Of a stretch of 64,000 bases of DNA, positions 56,809 through 64,000 are shown piece after piece. The stretch is from Eledone cirrhosa (lineage: Eukaryota). Below the pieces are notes generated by a model that saw only the letters and a list, made by a program, of their open reading frames with translations, was not told the DNA's origin and searched no databases. Each line of letters starts with the position of its first letter. The first letter of the stretch is position 1. The stretch is taken from the NCBI GenBank assembly GCA_964016885.1, contig OZ024753.1, positions 41,230,001 to 41,294,000 of the forward strand. Reading direction: 5' to 3'. The position numbers and the translations under genes were made by a program.

Positions 56809-57059
56809 AATAAACCTTTTAAGGAATTACACCAGTCCAGCCTCCTGTCATTTTATAATATATATATATATATATGGGCTTTTGCTGTTTTCTACGAAAT
56901 CCCACTCAAAAGATATTGGTCTAGTTGAGTCTATAATAAATACACTTACATAACTTACCTCGTAGCGAGACCGAACCCAGAAGCTTGTGTTACCAAGGGA
57001 ACTCCTTACCATGTACTTGTACTCCTTTAACTATATATTTTGTAACATTAGAAAATAAA

Positions 57060-57415
57060 TAATGGTTTCTTATATAGGCGCAACGCCAGTAATTTTGGAG
57101 AGGGGAAAGTCGATTAAATCGACGCCAGTACATTACTGGTACTTTATTTTATCGACACCGTGAGGATGAAAGGCAAACTTAACCTCGACGGGATTTGAAA
57201 TCAGACCGTAAATGGACGTAACTATGCTAGAAAGCATGGCGTCCGACCCTCTACCGATACTGCCAATTCACTGAATAATAATAATTGTTTGTACTTTAGG
57301 CACAAGGCCAGCAATTACCCAGTGTATTACTGGTACTTTATTTTATCGACCCCGTAAGGATGAAAGGCAAAGCCAACCTTGGTAGGATTTGAACTCAGAT
57401 CATAAAGGGACGTAG
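57060..57415 (-). mobile_element. Two tandem Meta-core SINE copies (others at about 61015-61125 and 62187-62318, both on -)
   Basis: Core and B box are visible. Confidence 0.85.
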
Positions 57416-57786
57416 CAATATTACAGTACTTAAGACCTTCCGTTTTTTTATACGAGATCTTTCTAGATCTATATTTATCAAAGCACAGAATTGAGAGAGG
57501 TGAATATATTATATATTTAGATTCCGTGTGACATGGAATATATTATATTGCTTGAAATGTTTCTGCAGATTCAGAAAATTACTTACTATCCTCTGGTTTT
57601 ACTCTTTCTGTATTAAAGAAAACATACATTCGTGTACATATACACACAGACACAAACACACACAAATACACACACACACACACATAGACATACAGATGTA
57701 CACACACATATACATAGAGTGCGACACCCATACTCACACACATACAAATGAATATACATACTCACACATGCACGTATATATATATT

Positions 57787-57875
<89 letters not shown>

Positions 57876-58006
57876 GCAAAAGTTTTATTTAAAATTGTTG
57901 GGTTACAACAAGTAAATATTTTATAACTACCAAACCAACTTCTTACATGGAAGTTGATCAATATTTATGGTACGTCAAATTTATTTATAAAACTGCTTAT
58001 ATATTG

Positions 58007-58072
58007 TATTTTATCTGAAGAAGGCATGCCATATTTTTAATATGGTATCCCTGAAATATGTATAATGAAATA
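58007..58072 (+). ncRNA. Minimal type I hammerhead ribozyme motif
   Basis: tattttat-CTGAAGA-aggcatgccatatt ttt aatatggtatccct-GAAA-tatgta-TA-atgaaata. Stem I 5' strand and stem III are identical to the 11801 motif, but stem II is a different sequence that still pairs. Confidence 0.75.
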
Positions 58073-58264
58073 AATATGGTTTTATAAATATAGTTTCCAT
58101 TTGTTTAATATCGTATATATATTTATATAAGGGTGAAAGCAGCGATTCTTTGCTTAAACTTTAATCTGTTATTTTAATAAATATATATATTTATATATAT
58201 TTATATATATATATATTCATAATCGGAGAAAGCTAATAGCGATACTCCGGCCAAATATATATAT

Positions 58265-58452
<188 letters not shown>

Positions 58453-59139
58453 AGATACAAGTATATACACGAACATACACATACACGGACAAGCACGTAC
58501 TAACATATGCATACACAAACACACAGGTGCACATAATCTCACACACATACAGGTACAAATACATACACACATACACAAGCACATAGTAACATTTACACAG
58601 TCACTTGCTCAAAGTTTCACACACAAATTTCACTGATATATCAAAGACATTTACTACGAACGTAAAACACGGAACATAATCTTGAATCCAGAGAAAAAGC
58701 ACAAAGAGATTCAGCGCCATATTTCACCCAGTAAACAGATACATATTTCACCCAGTAGACAGAGACCCCTTCTCTGATTTCTAACATTTAGCAGCTCTCC
58801 ACTTTAACGGAGAAGTAATAAACTAATAAATATGATTTTGAATGTAAAATAAATGTATATATATATATATATATAAACGGAAAAAATGAAACGAAATTTC
58901 ATTTCCCACTCTTAGTACGGCTGTTACTTAAATATAAGTATGTACACGTACATACATATATGTATACGGACGTACAGTAGTATTTATATATATATACATA
59001 CATGCACACATATATATATGTACGTATGGATTCACCGAACATTTATTATAATGCTCGGTGTGCTTGTAAACAAACATCCCGTATTAAGCCGTAGTGTCCA
59101 GCAACCATCGTTGCTCGTTTGTTCAACACTGACAAAGGA

Positions 59140-59182
59140 ACGCTGTACTAGTTTCAAGCTTATTAGCTATCGTCAGCAACGT
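59140..59182 (-). ncRNA. Minimal type I hammerhead ribozyme motif
   Basis: Minus strand: acgttg-CTGACGA-t agct aata agct t-GAAA-ctag-TA-cagcgt. Stem III is palindromic (actagt) with a GUA cleavage triplet. Confidence 0.78.
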
Positions 59183-59461
59183 ATACCTTCCTGCCACATT
59201 GTTGAACTTATATACTTACCTTACGCATATTAACGGCTGAGTAGCCCAATTTGCATATCGAGTGGGTTAATCGGCCGGGTGCACTGAAAACGATAAACGG
59301 AAAAAATGAAACGAAATTTCATTTTCCACTCTTAGTACGGCTGTTACTTAAATATAAGTATGCACCCGGCTGATTTGCCCACTCGATATGCAAATTGGGC
59401 TACTCAGCCGTTAATATGCATAAGGTAAGTATATACGTTCAACAATCTGGCAGGAAAGTAT

Positions 59462-59504
59462 ATGTTGTTGACGATAGCTAATGAGCTTGAAACTAGTACA
59501 GCGT
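59462..59504 (+). ncRNA. Hammerhead motif with a C3-to-U core change (inverted copy, probably impaired)
   Basis: atgttg-TTGACGA-tagctaatgagctt-GAAA-ctag-TA-cagcgt. Confidence 0.55.
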
Positions 59505-59705
59505 TCCTTTGTCAGTGTTGAACAAACGAACCACGATGGTTGCTGGACACTACGGCTTAATACGGGATGTTTGTTTACAAGCACACCGAGCATTATAATA
59601 AATGTTCGGTGAATTCATACGTACATATATATATGTGTGCATGTATGTATATATATATACTTAATACTGTACGTCTGTATACATATATGTATGTACGTGT
59701 ACATA

Positions 59706-59741
<36 letters not shown>

Positions 59742-59821
59742 GAAAGAAGAGTGACACGGTTTGCTATACAAAAAAGGTTTTTAATCTCATTGGAATACCT
59801 ATCACAATAATCTGTTACCCC

Positions 59822-59882
<61 letters not shown>

Positions 59883-60449
59883 TAAAAAGGAAAAGAAAAT
59901 GGTGACAGATTTTTCCCAGTGAAAAATAGTTTAATTAGGAATAAATATAAATTAGTAATAAGTATTGGTTAGTATTCAGCCTTTTCTTTTCCTTTTTACT
60001 AATATATCACAACTCGTGTGTCACACCTCTATTTTTTAAAATATATATATAATTGGAAAAAGTATTACCCCTTTTCCTATTACCCACTCTACTACCCTAA
60101 ATATTGAGTACTCTGGTGCGTTATGGTCCATCTGGTTCCTTACCACAATTCCTTCGTTATATAATAAATCAATAAAAATAACAAACCTATATCGGGCAAA
60201 TAGCCTCTGATACCCGGACAGGCATGAATCTGTTTCGCAAGGATTATTAAGTGGAAGCTAGAATTCCTGTGCTCTTGTGCGGATATCCAGGAAAATTCGT
60301 ACCTTTCACTTCAAAGGATCTAAGAAGACTGAACGATGCGCGGGTATAAATTATCCAATTATCTAATTATATTACACGGCTCGGAAAGATTCCCTTCTTT
60401 GAGCTATTTAATTGTGAAAGACTATTTTGAGTTTTTAACTCAATCTATG

Positions 60450-60498
<49 letters not shown>

Positions 60499-60902
60499 TT
60501 GTGGAGAGAGAGAAAGAGGGAGAGTTTGTTTGTGTCTATATGCATAGGTAATACATAAACACACACACATATATATATATATATATGACTGTGTGTGTGT
60601 GTGTGTGTGTAAGTTTATCCCGGGTTCAATCGGAGGTAACCACAATAAGTAAGGCACTCAATACAAAGCAGAGTATAAATATTTAATATAGCTTCCTAGT
60701 GATTTCTCACGAATGAAACAGTTATAGTCCTGTAGAATCTCTTCTATATTATATATATATATATATATATTTATATATTTATACACACACACACATAGAA
60801 AGAACGCCTGGTATATTAGCCGAGACTGTTTCCTTCAGAAAACAAATAAAAGTAACATTATTTCATAAAGTATTAATTAGTATTAATTAGTGATATAATT
60901 AC

Positions 60903-60951
60903 CTTTTGACTCTCAGAATTATGTAGACTATCATCAGTGCCAACGGAAGCC
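60903..60951 (-). CDS. Class B1 GPCR (calcitonin/CGRP-receptor-like), TM4 exon: (G)LPLALMIVYIILRVK(S)
   Basis: Minus strand reads ttatttacag|GGCTTCCG...GTCAAAAG|gtaatt. 49 nt, phase 1 in and phase 2 out. Fits the class B 'GWGxP' TM4 junction and joins the next exon in frame. Confidence 0.88.
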
Positions 60952-61230
60952 CTGTAAATAAGGTAAAATATATTCAGTGAAAATCGATTAACAATAACTT
61001 TTACGATAATAATTATTTCTGATCTAGACACAAAGCAACCGTATTTGGGGCAGGGAAAAGTTGATTAAATTGAGCCCAGTGCATTACTGGTATTTTATTT
61101 TATCGAGCCTGTAAGGATAAAAGGTATATATATATATATATATAAATGAAGTATTTCCGTTGGAAAGGTACAGGAAAAAAGACCGTTCTATGTAGGCTAC
61201 AGAGCTTATTAGTTATAACTAAATAAATAA

Positions 61231-61274
<44 letters not shown>

Positions 61275-61309
61275 ATTTGACTTATTTATTTTACTTTATT
61301 TTATATATA

Positions 61310-61345
<36 letters not shown>

Positions 61346-61347
61346 TG

Positions 61348-61421
<74 letters not shown>

Positions 61422-64000
61422 GATATATATACACATATATATATATATACAATAATGTTTAATTCATATTATTACGAAATTCCGTGTAATACGCCCACTG
61501 TGTTCAATAGGCTGTATTAATTGGTATATTGCAAACTCAACATGTAAACACACATACATACATACATACATACATACATACATACATACATACATACATA
61601 CATACATACATACATACATACATACCTACATACATACATACATACATACCTACATACATACATACATACATACATACATACATACATACATGTTATATAC
61701 ATATGTATATATGTTATACACATGTATATATGTGTGTCTGCCTGCGAGTGTTTATATATATGATAACGTTGGAAAAGTTAATCAACAGCCAGCCATGACA
61801 AAAACTAACAACAAATTCTATCAACAGTAAATGTCACCTGGAAATCTCGTAAAAGACAATAAATCACAAATGTTTATCTTGGCTTAGACAATGTTTTATG
61901 TAACTAATCTTCTGCAGACAATCAGGTTTGTGATATTTGATGATACAGTAATACAGTCATATTTTATCGTGTATATCTCACAGGGAGACCTGGTTACTAC
62001 ACTAGTGAAACATCTGTATGTTCTTCTGGTTTTATAATTTTATAAATTGTTTACCAATATAGATAGAGTCGGTTTTTAACATAGACAGAAGACTCTCTCA
62101 TGAATACAATCAGGTAAAACTTGGAGAGAGAGAGAGAGAGAGTATCGTGGGGGTTCTGATGATTCCGGAGAATGAACTCTATAGATAATTGTTTCTACGT
62201 TAGGCACAAGGCCAGCAATTACCCAGTGTATTACTGGTACTTTATTTTATCGACCCCGTAAGGATGAAAGGCAAAGTTAACCTCGGCGGGATTTGAACTC
62301 AGAATGGCAAGGGCCGTATAGATAATGAACTCTATAGATAATGAACACAACCACAAGGATATGGTCCTTACGCGGAAGAGCCGAACTCCCACTGTCATCA
62401 CCTCAATCTCTTTCGCCCTCCCCATCTCTCCTTATGGTGAGCAAATGGGGTCTCACGTGCTGGCCTCCCCACAGCCCCGGCGGACATCAACTAGGTAGAT
62501 ATGTATGCATGCCTGTGGGTGCAGGTATGGATGGTATTGTATGTGTGGATGTTTTGAGTTATATGTGTGCATGTTCAGAGAGTGGGATTGGCTCCGTGCA
62601 AAGCCTTTCCACATTTAAAAATAGCTTCAAGCACAGGCACTGATTGATATGGGACATTTTTCACAGTGCATTGCATGTCTGAACATCGGCAAGTCCCTAG
62701 CAGGACTAAAAAGCCACGTCCGTGCTTAAGTATCAAGCGATGGCATTACACGAAATCGAGCTGCAGCCATTATGTATGCATGTATGTATGCATGTATCCA
62801 TGTATGTATATATATGTATGTATGTAACCGATCGCGCGGTTAAACCACTGGGGGTGAAGGATCCCTAGCCTTTGTCAGTTCATTCTTCTAGGAGAAGGCA
62901 ACTCAGGAAACTGGGATAACTCCGACATAAAACCTGCGGCTCAGTAGTTACCTATGATGTTGATCTTTTCTTCTTTTCTGGCTATAGCTACTGTTGCTCA
63001 GAGAGTGGGATTGGCTCAGTGCACAGTCTTTCCGCACTTAAAAAAAATCTTCACGCATAGGCATTGCACGATGGCATTAATTGATAATTATTAATAATGT
63101 TATATCGTGCAATGGCCATACTCGATAACGATGGGGCAGCCATCATGTATGTATGTATGTCATTTGTAAACTCACCAAATCAAAACAATTCGCTGATCAT
63201 CAAATATATATTATGACGGTTTTATGGTCCAACTACTTAGTTATTATTGCTCCGTTTCCTTATAAATCTTCTATAATGGAAATATTAATAACAATAGTAT
63301 ACATCCATTATATAGAAGACAAATGTCTTTACACTTATGTGTTAATATCCAGTAGTATTAACATCACCTTCAATCCTGTATGTGCTTCCATATTTTATAA
63401 GTTAAGGCATTAATTCGTATCTATTCAATTATACATAATATAATTTAGTGTAAGTAATACATCATTAACGTAGATTATTAATAGTATGTATCAAATATAT
63501 TTCAGCTAGTAAGGATTTAATCTCCGGATGTCAGTCTATATTAACCGAAATGTGTGTTTCGTAAAGGAAATTATCTATTGCCGTATGTTCATAACTTGTT
63601 CACGTGGGAAGTAATTATTATTGATTAACTTCAATATATTAATATGTTAAATACTCTGAAACAATTGTCGACGTCTGAGTAGAAGATTTAATTCATCATT
63701 GGCTTTAACGCCACTATCAGGCCATTGATAATTCTGTAGAGACCAATCTATTGCAAGTATTAGGTCTCCGGAATGAGGGTAATGTCTGTTCTAACTAAAA
63801 CCAACATAAAGGGCTATGAAATAGATTAGAAGTGTTGTTTGTCTTGTCTTCATTGGGGCACATAAAAATAGCGAAAGATGTATACAAAAAAGTCCAAACG
63901 AAAATACAAATAACGAACACAAAACTAAGGAAGGTAAATATTTTGAGAATTTAAAACATATCCAAGATAGATAGAATAAAGAAGAAAATAAAACAAACCC

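Larger units (their letters stand above)
58873..59712. mobile_element. Fold-back element with about 350-bp hammerhead-bearing arms and a direct-repeat spacer
   Basis: About 58931-59284 is inverted at about 59360-59712. The spacer at about 59293-59362 directly repeats about 58873-58942. (TA)n on both sides. Confidence 0.8.

Noticed and set aside
61000-64000. Expected upstream GPCR exon (TM3-TM4, 'EG.YLH...GW')
   Set aside because: No matching reading frame with splice sites was found by eye; it is probably beyond the window.

Overview
Eukaryotic, very AT-rich and microsatellite-rich DNA, inferred to be coleoid cephalopod (octopod-like) from its SINE families and (TA)n/(CA)n/(GA)n load. The only host gene I can support is on the minus strand: six spliced exons (60951-60903, 51648-51549, 41380-41301, 30377-30242, 23954-23913, 16049-15834) with AG/GT sites and matching phases. 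They encode TM4 to the C-terminus of a class B1 (secretin-family, calcitonin/CGRP-receptor-like) GPCR; no 5' exons were recognised in the window. Nearly all ORF-track entries are microsatellite artefacts. The rest is transposon-derived: two tRNA-derived SINE types, Dong/R4, CRE, RTE and Tx1-like LINE remnants, and mariner- and hAT-like MITEs. The most interesting signal is a set of short non-coding cassettes in (TA)n tracts. They carry minimal type I hammerhead ribozyme motifs (six intact cores, one point-mutated, several half-motifs) and often form fold-back hairpins, some centred on the putative stem II. This looks like a Penelope/retrozyme-like family. All calls were made by eye, and repeat boundaries are approximate.
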